This document shows, piece by piece, positions 26,675 through 36,145 of a DNA stretch of 64,000 nt. Source of the stretch: Candidatus Saccharimonadia bacterium (GTDB lineage Bacteria > Patescibacteriota > SICC01); the NCBI GenBank assembly GCA_025449535.1, contig JANWJF010000001.1:613136-677135 (forward strand), given 5' to 3'. A program made the translations under genes and the position numbers. Every line of letters begins with the position of its first letter. The stretch's first letter is position 1. The notes under the pieces were generated by a model. The model saw only the letters and a program-made list of their open reading frames with translations. It was not told the origin of the DNA and did not search any database.

Positions 26675-26953
26675 CTACGCCGCGACGACCGAAACGATCG
26701 TCTTGCGGACCCGGCTGCCGCTGAAGCGCGTCTTCTGCCGCTTCTCGTACTTCACGGTGCCGGTAGCGGTGGCAAAGAGAGTATCGTCCTTGCCCTTGCC
26801 GACGTTGTTGCCGGGTTCCATCCAGCGTCCGCGTTGGCGGACCAGGACGCTGCCGGCGTGGACCTGCTGCCCGTCGCCGACCTTAACCCCGAGCCGCTGG
26901 CCCGCGGAGTCGCGCCCAAGCTTTGTAGTACCGCCTGCCTTAGTATGTGCCAT
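26675..26953 (-). CDS. rpmA: 50S ribosomal protein L27
   Basis: 92 aa [25 protein letters not shown]…[14 protein letters not shown] matches L27 consensus. Confidence 0.9.
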   Translation of the reverse strand: MAHTKAGGTTKLGRDSAGQRLGVKVGDGQQVHAGSVLVRQRGRWMEPGNNVGKGKDDTLFATATGTVKYEKRQKTRFSGSRVRKTIVSVVAA

Positions 26954-28171
26954 TCAGTTTCTCTCTAGGATGAATAATTCGTGGATGACCCGCTGCTTCG
27001 CCCGGGCGACGTCGATCGAGTCGCGGTCCGTGAGCTCCGGGAAGGAAAAGCCTTCCGGAAGGGGTCGAATTACAGCGTAACCAAGGCGCTCCGCCTGGTC
27101 AATCGTCGTAATCCGGATCGGCGTGCGGGATCCGGGCGTCCGCCAGGCGGGCAGCGTGAGCACCAGCCGCCGTCCGGACGGCAAGGAATCCGCGGCGCGC
27201 TGGAGGAACTTCCCTACCATCGTCTCGACGAACGTCGCTTCGCGGCCCATGTCTCCCGCCTTGGCGCTCTCGCGTAGCGGCGAGCCGAGGTAGCCTTCCG
27301 TGGCGATGGCCGAGGACGAACCGGCGGGCAGTTCGCCCGTCGCGTCCCGGACGGACACCTCCGATTCGGGCAGCTTGGGATGCCGTTCCCGGAGCCAGGC
27401 CAGGTTCCGCCGGGCCGCGTCGACGGCGTCCGGCGTGATGTCTGATCCGATCGTGCGGTGCCCGAGCAGCAGGGATTCCAGCAGCAGGTTTCCGACGCCG
27501 CAGAACGGGTCGTAGACCGCGAGTCCGGGGTCTCCCTGGGTGGCCAAGTTCACCATCGTCCGGGCCAGCTGGGGCGGCAGCATGCCGCGCTTGGCGTCCG
27601 CGACCGGCTTGTCGTAGTCCCGGGCCCCGAACCCCTCGAAGTCGTAGACCCAGACCGTTCGGCCGACGTGATATCCGTCGTCCGTCCCGAAGACGCCCCA
27701 GTCCGCGCCGGGGCTGATCAGTCCGTTATGCCGGACCTGGACGGCGGACAACTCGCCGTCCTCCGGTCGTCCGGATTTACCCTTCGGCTTGCCGACGGAA
27801 CGCGACCGTACGCCACGCTCCTTGAGGAATCGTTTCACGTGCATCGCCAGCGGGGTCGCTTTGTCGTTCGCGTACGAACTGACGCCGAAGGCGAACTTAC
27901 CCTCCGCCGGCACCGCGGCCGCCGCGGCTTCCAGTCCGGCACGGGCATCGCGGTATACGTCCGGCCGGAGCTCGAACAGCTTCGTGACCGAGCCGAGCCG
28001 CTCCGCGAGCTTCGGCTCGAACCCCGTAAGCTCGGCCGCGTACTTGCCGAGCGGGCGTATCCCGAAGCCGTGCCGTCCGGAGAGGGCGTGCAGCTCCGCC
28101 ACGGAAAGCGCGGGATTCCGGCCGAAGACGGCGGCGTGGGTGACGGAGGCCATATCACCAGCATGGTGCAT
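26954..28171 (-). CDS. THUMP/UPF0020-type RNA (guanine-N2)-methyltransferase-like protein (Trm11/TrmN/RlmL-like)
   Basis: Motif I VYDPFCGVGNLLLES and downstream MTase blocks; start set at internal ATG (MHHAGDMASV…) because upstream 170 codons of the 577-aa ORF look like non-coding readthrough; start uncertain (28171 or 28153). Confidence 0.5.
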   Translation of the reverse strand: MHHAGDMASVTHAAVFGRNPALSVAELHALSGRHGFGIRPLGKYAAELTGFEPKLAERLGSVTKLFELRPDVYRDARAGLEAAAAAVPAEGKFAFGVSSYANDKATPLAMHVKRFLKERGVRSRSVGKPKGKSGRPEDGELSAVQVRHNGLISPGADWGVFGTDDGYHVGRTVWVYDFEGFGARDYDKPVADAKRGMLPPQLARTMVNLATQGDPGLAVYDPFCGVGNLLLESLLLGHRTIGSDITPDAVDAARRNLAWLRERHPKLPESEVSVRDATGELPAGSSSAIATEGYLGSPLRESAKAGDMGREATFVETMVGKFLQRAADSLPSGRRLVLTLPAWRTPGSRTPIRITTIDQAERLGYAVIRPLPEGFSFPELTDRDSIDVARAKQRVIHELFILERN

Positions 28172-28183
28172 TAGTATTGGTAT

Positions 28184-28816
28184 GTGAAACGGATCACGCT
28201 CGGCAAGCACAACTTGGAGGAAGCCGTCGCCACGACGGTGGAGTTCTTGATCGAAGGCGGGGTGGTCCTGCTGCCGACCGATACGAGCTATGGCCTGGCG
28301 GCGGACGCGGCCCGGGCAGAGGCGGTCGATGCCGTGAACCGGCTCAAGGGCCGCACCGGTGCCGACAAGGCGGTGTCGGTGATCGTTTCCGGACGCCGGC
28401 AGGCCGAGGCGATCGCGGAGTTCGATCCGGCGGGACTGAAGCTCTGGGAGGCATTCATGCCCGGTCCGCTGACCCTGGTCCTGCCATTGTCCGAAGGTTC
28501 CGGCCTGAAGCACGGCAGCGGTGACACCGTCGGCCTCCGTTACCCGGACCACGACTTCTCGGTGCAAGTCGCGGAACGGTTCGAACGTCCGTACACCGCC
28601 ACCAGTGCCAACCGGTCCGGCCGGCCGCCGGCCTACGAACCCGACGAGTTCCTGGACCAGCTCGGCGTTGACGACCCGTTGCCGCATCTGGTGGTGGACG
28701 CGGGCACCTTGCCTATGCGACCGGTCTCCACGGTGGTGGAAATCCTCAAGACCAAGGCGAAGGTGCTGCGCGAAGGGGCGATTCCCGAAGCGGATATCGA
28801 GGCGGCGCTCGTGTGA
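28184..28816 (+). CDS. tsaC: L-threonylcarbamoyladenylate synthase (TsaC/YrdC family)
   Basis: 210 aa; YrdC fold motifs (VLLPTDTSYGLAADA, …SANRSGRP…); GTG start. Confidence 0.8.
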   Translation: MKRITLGKHNLEEAVATTVEFLIEGGVVLLPTDTSYGLAADAARAEAVDAVNRLKGRTGADKAVSVIVSGRRQAEAIAEFDPAGLKLWEAFMPGPLTLVLPLSEGSGLKHGSGDTVGLRYPDHDFSVQVAERFERPYTATSANRSGRPPAYEPDEFLDQLGVDDPLPHLVVDAGTLPMRPVSTVVEILKTKAKVLREGAIPEADIEAALV

Positions 28817-29202
28817 AGACTTACACTTTCAGACTACGATCCGGACAAGATCTTCGTCAGGAGATTCAAAAAACGTTGATAAAGCATGATGTCCGAGCCG
28901 GAGTCGTACTGTCCGGGGTCGGAGGGTTGAGCAAGGCACGTCTGAGACTAGCCGGTGCGCGTCAACATTTCGATGTCCAGGACGAGTTCGAAATAGTATC
29001 AATCACAGGGACCGCGTCGAAGAACGGTTCCCATATTCATCTGGCAATTTCTTTTCCATCCGGTAAGACCTTTGGTGGTCATCTGACCGAGGGTTGCATC
29101 GTCCGCAACACAGCTGAAATCGTGATTGGTGTCGTCGAGGGAACGTATCGTCGCACCCCTGACCCAAGCACCGGCTACGACGAACTCATCGTCGAGGATT
29201 GA
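28813..29202 (+). CDS. PPC domain (DUF296) protein
   Basis: 129 aa; MKTYTFRL…AGVVLSGVGGLSKARLR…HIHLAIS…GGHL pattern typical of bacterial PPC/DUF296; lower G+C than flanks. Confidence 0.6.
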   Translation: MKTYTFRLRSGQDLRQEIQKTLIKHDVRAGVVLSGVGGLSKARLRLAGARQHFDVQDEFEIVSITGTASKNGSHIHLAISFPSGKTFGGHLTEGCIVRNTAEIVIGVVEGTYRRTPDPSTGYDELIVED

Positions 29203-29227
29203 CCGTTCCGTGCGGTAAGCTGGGTCC

Positions 29228-30463
29228 ATGAGCCCCAAAGGACATGACCCGGAACTCTTTGCTTCAATCGACCGCGAGGCGAAACGCCAACGCGACGGAC
29301 TCGAGTTGATCGCGTCGGAGAATTACGTCTCTAAGGCCGTCCTCGAGGCGACCGGATCGATCCTGGCCAACAAGTACGCCGAGGGATACCCGGGCAAACG
29401 CTACTACGGCGGCTGCCAGTTCGTGGACGAGGTCGAGGAGCTGGCGCGCGAGCGGGCGAAGCAGCTCTTCGGCGTGCAGTATGTGAACGTCCAACCGCAC
29501 TCCGGTTCCCAGGCGAACATGGGCGTCTATCTGGCGCTGCTTGAGCCGGGCGACACGATCATGGGCCAGTCGCTAGCCGAGGGAGGGCACCTGACCCACG
29601 GGTCGCCGGTGAGCTTCTCGGGTAAGTTCTATGACGTCGTTCCCTACGGACTAGATCCGAAGACGGAACTGGTGGATATGGACCGGGTCGCGGAATTGGC
29701 CAAGGAGCGTAAGCCGAAGCTGATCATGTGCGGCTACTCGGCGTATCCGCGGAACCTCGACTGGCGCCAGTTCCGGGAGATCGCCGATTCCGTCGGTGCA
29801 TACCTGGTAGCCGATATCGCGCACATCGCCGGGCTGGTCGCGGCGGGCGACTACCCGGGACCGGTCGGTCACGCGCACGTGATCACCACCACGACCCACA
29901 AGACCCTGCGTGGTCCGAACGGCGGCATGATCATGACGGACGACCCGGAGCTGGCGAAGCGGATTGACAAGGCCGTGTTCCCCGGCATGCAGGGCCGGCC
30001 GTTGATGCACGCCGTCGCCGCCAAGGCGGTCTGCTTCGGCGAGGCGCTGCAACCGGAGTTCAAGGAATACGTGAGGCAGGTGACTAAGAACGCGGCCGCG
30101 CTGGCGGAGCAGCTCATCGCCGACGGGTTCCGGCTGGTGACCGGAGGCACCGACAACCACCTGATGCTGGTGGACCTGCGGCCGTTCGGCGTGACCGGGA
30201 AGGCCGCGGAGGAAGCATTGGACGCGTCGATGATTACGCTCAACAAGAACGCGATCCCGAACGATCCGGAGTCACCGTTCGTCACTAGCGGTGTTCGGAT
30301 CGGGACCCCGGCGGTGACCACCCGCGGGATGAAGGAGTCGGAAATGAAGGAAATCGGAAAACTGATCACGAAGGTGCTGCAGGCGCCGGAAGACGACAAG
30401 ATCCGCAGCGAGGTCCGGAAGACGGTAAAGGGGCTTACCGGCAAGTTCCCGCTGCCAAGCTAG
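29228..30463 (+). CDS. glyA: serine hydroxymethyltransferase
   Basis: 411 aa; PLP-lysine motif [15 protein letters not shown] and full-length SHMT similarity. Confidence 0.95.
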   Translation: MSPKGHDPELFASIDREAKRQRDGLELIASENYVSKAVLEATGSILANKYAEGYPGKRYYGGCQFVDEVEELARERAKQLFGVQYVNVQPHSGSQANMGVYLALLEPGDTIMGQSLAEGGHLTHGSPVSFSGKFYDVVPYGLDPKTELVDMDRVAELAKERKPKLIMCGYSAYPRNLDWRQFREIADSVGAYLVADIAHIAGLVAAGDYPGPVGHAHVITTTTHKTLRGPNGGMIMTDDPELAKRIDKAVFPGMQGRPLMHAVAAKAVCFGEALQPEFKEYVRQVTKNAAALAEQLIADGFRLVTGGTDNHLMLVDLRPFGVTGKAAEEALDASMITLNKNAIPNDPESPFVTSGVRIGTPAVTTRGMKESEMKEIGKLITKVLQAPEDDKIRSEVRKTVKGLTGKFPLPS

Positions 30464-30483
30464 CGTGGTACATTCGAGGGGAA

Positions 30484-31116
30484 ATGAAAAAGACATTCGT
30501 GTCGGTCGGTATCCTCGGGTCGCTTCTCTTGGCGAGTCCGGCGATTGCCCAGAGCCAACCTTTCGCTAACCTTCAGCTGGTCTCGCCGGCTCCCGGCAGT
30601 ACGGTGGAAGGTCCGTTCGAGCTCGTGTTGCGCAAGAACGCGCAGTGCCAGGTCGACATCGCGCTGCGCAGCGGCGACGGTAACGGCGGCACGGTAGGAG
30701 GAACCTCAACCTACGCCGGTCAGGGTGAGGTCAGGATCCAAGTCGACCCGGGCAAGCCGCTCGGACCAACCGAAGGCCCGGAAGGCGACCCGAACCTTCT
30801 CCTGGGATCGGGCATGATAAACGTGGCGGTGCTTTCCGGAAACTGCGTTGCCAACACGAACCAGCAGAACGTGCTGGCGAGCTTCACGTACCAACCGCCC
30901 ACCGCCGCGCCGTCCGCGGTTCCTACCCCCACTCCGACCCCGAGCATCACCCCGCATCCCGTGCCCGCGGAGCTGACCACCGGCTGGCTCGAGAACCTTG
31001 ATCCCGCGTTGGTCGTGCTGATCGGCGCGGTAGCCGGCAGCGGCGTGACCGGGCTGGCGGAGTACTCCTGGATCCGTTACCGCCGCCGACATAAGGCCTC
31101 CGGCTTGGTCAAGTAA
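30484..31116 (+). CDS. hypothetical surface protein (signal peptide, Pro/Thr linker, C-terminal TM + basic tail)
   Basis: 210 aa; N-terminal signal peptide; PTPTPTPSITPHPVP linker; C-terminal hydrophobic helix followed by RYRRRHK. Confidence 0.4.
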   Translation: MKKTFVSVGILGSLLLASPAIAQSQPFANLQLVSPAPGSTVEGPFELVLRKNAQCQVDIALRSGDGNGGTVGGTSTYAGQGEVRIQVDPGKPLGPTEGPEGDPNLLLGSGMINVAVLSGNCVANTNQQNVLASFTYQPPTAAPSAVPTPTPTPSITPHPVPAELTTGWLENLDPALVVLIGAVAGSGVTGLAEYSWIRYRRRHKASGLVK

Positions 31117-31159
31117 GGGATAATCCGGCCGCGCGAGAGGGAGTCGCTACAATAGCGAT

Positions 31160-33388
31160 ATGTCTCCTGAATCGAATCTCCTGGCGGAACTCAATGAGAA
31201 CCAGCGGCAGGCCACCGAGACCGTCGACGGTCCGGTGCTGATCCTGGCCGGCGCGGGCTCGGGCAAGACCCGGGCGTTGACCTACCGCGTGGCACACCTG
31301 ATCTGCGACAAGAGCGTCCCCGCCGCGTCCGTACTGGCGGTGACGTTCACGAACAAGGCCGCCAACGAGATGAAGGAGCGGGTGATGAAGCTGTTGCGCG
31401 CGCAAGTGCCGGAACGGGTGAGCCGGGCGGCCCAGGAACGGCTCGGCCTGCCGGTGATCGGCACGTTCCACTCCGTCTGCGTGCGGATCCTGCGACGGGA
31501 CGGCGCCCAGATCGGCCTGGCGCCGGGGTTCACGATCTACGACGGCCACGACTCGCAGGTGGCGGTGAAGACGGCGATGGACTACCTCGGCGTCTCGCAG
31601 AAGCAGTACAACCCGGGGTTCGTGAAGCACGAGATCTCCGCGGCCAAGAACGAGCTGATTGACGCCGCCAAGTACGGGGAGCTGGCCCAGGGCGAGCCGC
31701 AGACGACGATCGCCGCGGTCTACCGCGAGTACCAGAAGCTGCTCAAGCGGAACGACGCGTTGGACTTCGACGACCTGCTGGTCGAGGTCGTCCGGCTGTT
31801 CTCGACCCGGCCGGAAGTACTCAAGAAGTACCAGGACACCTGGCGGTACGTGATGGTCGACGAGTACCAGGACACGAACCACGTGCAGTACCAGCTGACG
31901 AAGTTGTTGGCGCAGGGGCACGGCAATCTCTGCGTGGTCGGCGACCCGGACCAGGGGATCTACTCCTGGCGGGGCGCGGACATCCGGAACATCCTCGAGT
32001 TCGAGAAGGATTATCCCGAGGCCAAGGTCGTGAAGCTGGAGCGGAACTACCGTTCGACCCAGAACATCCTCGACGCGGCGCAGGCCGTGATCGAGCGGAA
32101 CATCGGCCGGAAGGAGAAGGCGCTGTGGACGGAATCCGGTCCCGGCGAAAAGCTCCAGGTGTTCGAGGCCCGGAACGAACGGGACGAGGCTGACCAGATT
32201 ATCTCGGAGATCCGCCGCCTAAAGGGTCAGGACTATCGCCTGCGCGACGTGGCCGTGCTGTATCGGACGAACGCCCAGTCCCGGGCGGTGGAAGAACGGT
32301 TGATGTCCGCGAACCTGCCGTACCGCGTGGTCGGCGGCGTCCGGTTCTACGAACGCAAGGAGGTCAAGGATGTCCTGGCCTACCTGCGGGCGCTGCATAA
32401 CCCTAACGACACCCTGGCTTGGAAGCGGATTATCAACGTGCCGACCCGCGGGATCGGCGACAAGGCGTTGGCGGTCCTACTGGAGGCCGCGGACCGGGAA
32501 GGGCTTTCGCTGAAAGGCGTCGTCGACCGGGCCGAACAGCTGGAGGACCTGGCGCCGGCCTCGCGCAAGGCGGTCGTCCGGTTCGCCGCCCTCTACGGCA
32601 AGATCCGGAAGTTGGTCGAGGATGGCGCGACGGTCGACGACCTGGTCACGGCGACGCTCAAGGAGACCGGGTATCCGGAGTGGATCGACGATGGGAGCGT
32701 GGAGGCCACGGCCCGGCTGGAGAACCTCAAGGAACTCTCCGGCGCTGCCAAACGGTACGACCACCTGAAAGGCGAGGAGGGATTATCCGTATTCCTCGAG
32801 GACGTCTCGTTGATCACCGACGTGGACCAGTACGACCAGGACGCCGACTCGGTGACGCTGATGACGCTGCACGCGGCCAAGGGACTGGAGTTCCCGGTGG
32901 TGATGATCGTCGGGCTCGAGGAAGGGATCTTCCCGCACTCGCGCAGCCTGATGGACGCCAACGAGATGGAAGAGGAGCGCCGGCTGGCCTACGTCGGCAT
33001 GACCCGCGCGATGAAGCGCCTCTACCTGCTGCATGCCGCCTCGCGGGTGCTCTACGGTACGCCCCAGTCGAACTTGCCCTCGCGGTTCCTGTCGGAGATT
33101 CCCGAGGGGTTGCTTGAGGTCGCCGCACTTTCCACCGCGTCGCGACCCCGGCAGGGCGGCTGGTCGATGGGCCCGTCGAGCACTCCACGGGCCCAGGTGC
33201 CCGACCAACACCCGGCCGACGAATTCAGCCAAGAAGAGGTCTATCTGGAGGCCGGGGACGTCGTGTCGCACCCCAAGTTCGGCAAGGGGACGGTAAGGGA
33301 AGTCACGGACACGATTCTGACCGTCGACTTTGACGGTGAGGAGAAGAAGCTGTCCTCTGCGTTCGCTGGCATGCTGAAGAAGGCCTGA
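31160..33388 (+). CDS. pcrA: ATP-dependent DNA helicase PcrA/UvrD
   Basis: 742 aa; SF1 helicase motifs (AGAGSGKT, VDEYQDTN, GDPDQ…, LERNYRST, …VGMTRA). Confidence 0.9.
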   Translation: MSPESNLLAELNENQRQATETVDGPVLILAGAGSGKTRALTYRVAHLICDKSVPAASVLAVTFTNKAANEMKERVMKLLRAQVPERVSRAAQERLGLPVIGTFHSVCVRILRRDGAQIGLAPGFTIYDGHDSQVAVKTAMDYLGVSQKQYNPGFVKHEISAAKNELIDAAKYGELAQGEPQTTIAAVYREYQKLLKRNDALDFDDLLVEVVRLFSTRPEVLKKYQDTWRYVMVDEYQDTNHVQYQLTKLLAQGHGNLCVVGDPDQGIYSWRGADIRNILEFEKDYPEAKVVKLERNYRSTQNILDAAQAVIERNIGRKEKALWTESGPGEKLQVFEARNERDEADQIISEIRRLKGQDYRLRDVAVLYRTNAQSRAVEERLMSANLPYRVVGGVRFYERKEVKDVLAYLRALHNPNDTLAWKRIINVPTRGIGDKALAVLLEAADREGLSLKGVVDRAEQLEDLAPASRKAVVRFAALYGKIRKLVEDGATVDDLVTATLKETGYPEWIDDGSVEATARLENLKELSGAAKRYDHLKGEEGLSVFLEDVSLITDVDQYDQDADSVTLMTLHAAKGLEFPVVMIVGLEEGIFPHSRSLMDANEMEEERRLAYVGMTRAMKRLYLLHAASRVLYGTPQSNLPSRFLSEIPEGLLEVAALSTASRPRQGGWSMGPSSTPRAQVPDQHPADEFSQEEVYLEAGDVVSHPKFGKGTVREVTDTILTVDFDGEEKKLSSAFAGMLKKA

Positions 33389-34182
33389 TGGAACGGATTC
33401 GGGCCAAGAAGTCCCTCGGCCAGCATTGGCTGGCCGACCGGAACGCGGTCGGCAAGGTCGTCGAGGTGGCCGGGCTGTCCGGCCAGGAGACCGTGGTGGA
33501 AGTCGGATCGGGCCCCGGCGTCCTGACGCCGCTATTAGCTGAGCAGGGCAAGCGGGTCATCGCCGTCGAGTTGGACGAAACGTTGGTCCCCAAGCTGGAA
33601 GCGACAGTCGCGGATCGTAGCAACGTCGAGATCCGGCAGGCTGACATCCTTGAAACGGACACCGCTGACTTTCCGGAGCCGTACCATGTCGTCGGTAATG
33701 TACCGTACTACATCACGTCGAAGATCATCCGGCACTTCCTGGAGACGCCGCATCGGCCGGAGTCGATGACGCTGACGATCCAGAAGGAGGTAGCGGAACG
33801 GATCTGCGCGCTGCCGCCGAAGATGAGCGTCCTGGCGGTGTCCGTGCAGCTGTACGGCACGCCCCGGATCGCCGGACGGATCCCAGCCAAGGCGTTCCGG
33901 CCGCCGCCCGAGGTGGACTCGGCGATCCTGCGGATCGAGAACATCGGCAAGGACTTGGACCGGACGCTCGACGGCGTCTCCGAATCCGCCGTCTTCTCGT
34001 TCGTCCGGGCCGGGTTCGCGGAGAAGCGGAAGCAGCTCCACAACACGCTGGCGCATAACCTGGACCTTTCGCATGAGCAGGCCAGCGCGCTGTTGCGGCA
34101 GGCCGGCATCGAGCCCAACCGCCGGGCGGAGACGCTCAGCGTGGAGGAATGGGTGACGTTGGTGCGGCAGGCGACCCGCTAA
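33388..34182 (+). CDS. rsmA: 16S rRNA (adenine1518/1519-N6)-dimethyltransferase
   Basis: 264 aa; KSLGQHWL start and VVEVGSGPGVLT SAM motif, NVPY motif. Confidence 0.9.
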   Translation: MERIRAKKSLGQHWLADRNAVGKVVEVAGLSGQETVVEVGSGPGVLTPLLAEQGKRVIAVELDETLVPKLEATVADRSNVEIRQADILETDTADFPEPYHVVGNVPYYITSKIIRHFLETPHRPESMTLTIQKEVAERICALPPKMSVLAVSVQLYGTPRIAGRIPAKAFRPPPEVDSAILRIENIGKDLDRTLDGVSESAVFSFVRAGFAEKRKQLHNTLAHNLDLSHEQASALLRQAGIEPNRRAETLSVEEWVTLVRQATR

Positions 34183-34200
34183 GCGTCGTACACTGGGGCC

Positions 34201-34866
34201 ATGCCCGCTACCGAAAGATCGCGATTCGTGTTCGTGCCCGGCTTGGGTGCGGACGGCTCGGTCTACAAACCGTTCCTGGACGCGTTCCGGTCGGACTACG
34301 ACGTGCGCTCGGCGGATTCGGCGCCACGATTCCCGGAACGGTTGTCGTGGAACTTCTTCTTCAGCTCCATCGACCGGCAGGTCGGGACGCGCCCCGTGAC
34401 CCTGGTCGGCCACTCGATGGGCGGCGCCATCGCGCTCAAGTATGCGGCCAGTCATCCGGAACGCGTAGCGCAGGTCATCGCGATCGCTCCCGTGCTCTTT
34501 CCATTCAAGCGGGAACGTCACCGGTTTCGCGAGTCCGCCTGGAACGCTTTCATCGCGACGGTATCCGGTCATATGCTGCATGGAGCTCGGGCCTTACGGA
34601 CGACCCGTCGCTGTCTGTCTGAGGGACGGGCTCGGAAATTATTCGCTTTCACGGACACGATCGACCTCGCTCGGGACCTTCCGAAGCTCCGCCAGGCCGT
34701 CATCCTGTTCCCGGAACATGAGGAGGTCGTTCCCAAAGCGCAACTGGAACGGGTCCGGAAGGAGTTTCCGAACATACGAACGGCGTACATCCCAGGCAGC
34801 CATCATCACGTCGCCCTGGCGCCTAAGTGGGTGATAACGGCCGTCCGGAAGGAGCTTGATGCCTGA
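34201..34866 (+). CDS. alpha/beta hydrolase fold protein
   Basis: Nucleophile elbow GHSMGG, C-terminal His; 221 aa. Confidence 0.6.
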   Translation: MPATERSRFVFVPGLGADGSVYKPFLDAFRSDYDVRSADSAPRFPERLSWNFFFSSIDRQVGTRPVTLVGHSMGGAIALKYAASHPERVAQVIAIAPVLFPFKRERHRFRESAWNAFIATVSGHMLHGARALRTTRRCLSEGRARKLFAFTDTIDLARDLPKLRQAVILFPEHEEVVPKAQLERVRKEFPNIRTAYIPGSHHHVALAPKWVITAVRKELDA

Positions 34867-35530
34867 GCCCGGTACTCTCTACGTTGTGGCGACGCCGATC
34901 GGCAACCTCGGCGATATCACCTTCCGGGCGATCGAGACGCTCAAGTCCGTGGCGTTGGTGCTGGCCGAGGATACCCGGACGGCCAAGAAACTCCTGAACC
35001 ACTACGACATCACCACGCCGGTCACGAGCTACCATCAGCACTCGCGGGGTCGGAAGGAAGAGGAGATCCTGCGCGAGTTGGGAGAAGGCCGGGACCTGGC
35101 GCTGATCAGTGAAGCGGGGACGCCGGTGATCGCCGACCCGGGCAACAAGTTGGTCGAGCTCGCGCGGCGACAAGGACACCAAGTGATCCCGATCCCGGGA
35201 GCGGCCGCGGTCACCGCCGCGCTGTCGGCGGTCGGGCTTGGTGGCGACCAGTTCACGTTCCTGGGCTTCCTGCCGCACAAGAAGGGCCGGCAGAAGCGGC
35301 TCGACCAGGTCGCCGGGATGGCCGCGCCGGTGGTGCTCTACGAATCGCCGCACCGGGTCCGGAAACTCCTGGCTGAGCTGGCGGAGCGTTATCCGGACGC
35401 CCAGGTATCCGTGGCCCGGGAAATTACCAAGAAGTTCGAGGACATCCGGGTCGGGACGCCGGGTGAACTGGCGGCGCATTTCGAGGAAACGGCTCCTCGG
35501 GGCGAATTCGTGGTCGTGGTGCGGGTATGA
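34856..35530 (+). CDS. rsmI: 16S rRNA (cytidine1402-2'-O)-methyltransferase
   Basis: LYVVATPIGNLGDIT N-terminus and tetrapyrrole-methylase-like fold typical of RsmI; 224 aa. Confidence 0.85.
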   Translation: MMPEPGTLYVVATPIGNLGDITFRAIETLKSVALVLAEDTRTAKKLLNHYDITTPVTSYHQHSRGRKEEEILRELGEGRDLALISEAGTPVIADPGNKLVELARRQGHQVIPIPGAAAVTAALSAVGLGGDQFTFLGFLPHKKGRQKRLDQVAGMAAPVVLYESPHRVRKLLAELAERYPDAQVSVAREITKKFEDIRVGTPGELAAHFEETAPRGEFVVVVRV

Positions 35531-36126
35531 AAAGCATCTTATTGGTTTCGGGCGAGCTCGGGGCAGTTCCAGATTTTATTGGCAAGGCCAAGGCTAAAGT
35601 GGCATTCGTGCCGACCGCAGCAGACCTCGACGAGGACAAGTGGTATGTCGAACGGGACCGTGCATTCCTAGCGGAAAATGGTTTTGATATTACGGAAGTC
35701 CAAATCAGCAGAAAACTTTCAGCTCAAGCTATCACCGTTCTGCGGGCAGCCGACGTCTTATATGTTACGGGAGGGAATACGTTCTACCTTCTGAAGATGT
35801 TTCTGGATAATGGGTTATCACAGGTGCTTCCTGAGTTGGTGGAAAATGGGTTGAAGTACATTGGCGCAAGCGCTGGAGCCGTGGTTTTGGGTCCTAGTCT
35901 CGCCCCGATTCAGAAGCTTGATAATCCTTCGGCTGTTACACTCCCATCCTTCGATGGCCTCAGTCTGATAGACTTCGTGCCATTGCCCCACTACACCAAG
36001 GGGAACAAGCTTTACGAGCAGATACTCCAGGAGTTTGAAAAAGATTTCGATTTAGTGCCTTTTACCGACAAGCAGGCGATTGTAGTCTCAAGTGCGGACC
36101 GGCGCGTCGTAACTTCGGCCCAGTAG
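35527..36126 (+). CDS. S51 family peptidase (peptidase E / type-1 glutamine amidotransferase-like)
   Basis: 199 aa; …LYVTGGNTFYLL… and …IGASAGAVVLGP… Ser-His-Glu triad context of S51; lower G+C than flanks. Confidence 0.6.
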   Translation: MKSILLVSGELGAVPDFIGKAKAKVAFVPTAADLDEDKWYVERDRAFLAENGFDITEVQISRKLSAQAITVLRAADVLYVTGGNTFYLLKMFLDNGLSQVLPELVENGLKYIGASAGAVVLGPSLAPIQKLDNPSAVTLPSFDGLSLIDFVPLPHYTKGNKLYEQILQEFEKDFDLVPFTDKQAIVVSSADRRVVTSAQ

Positions 36127-36145
36127 TTGCGTACAATAGCTCTGT

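Noticed and set aside
26954-28687. Full 577-aa extent of the minus-strand methyltransferase ORF
   Set aside because: The N-terminal ~170 codons lack any domain signal and would make the protein overlap and pass the divergent tsaC gene start (28184). An internal ATG at 28171 or 28153 gives a ~400-aa THUMP/MTase-sized protein. The start remains uncertain.
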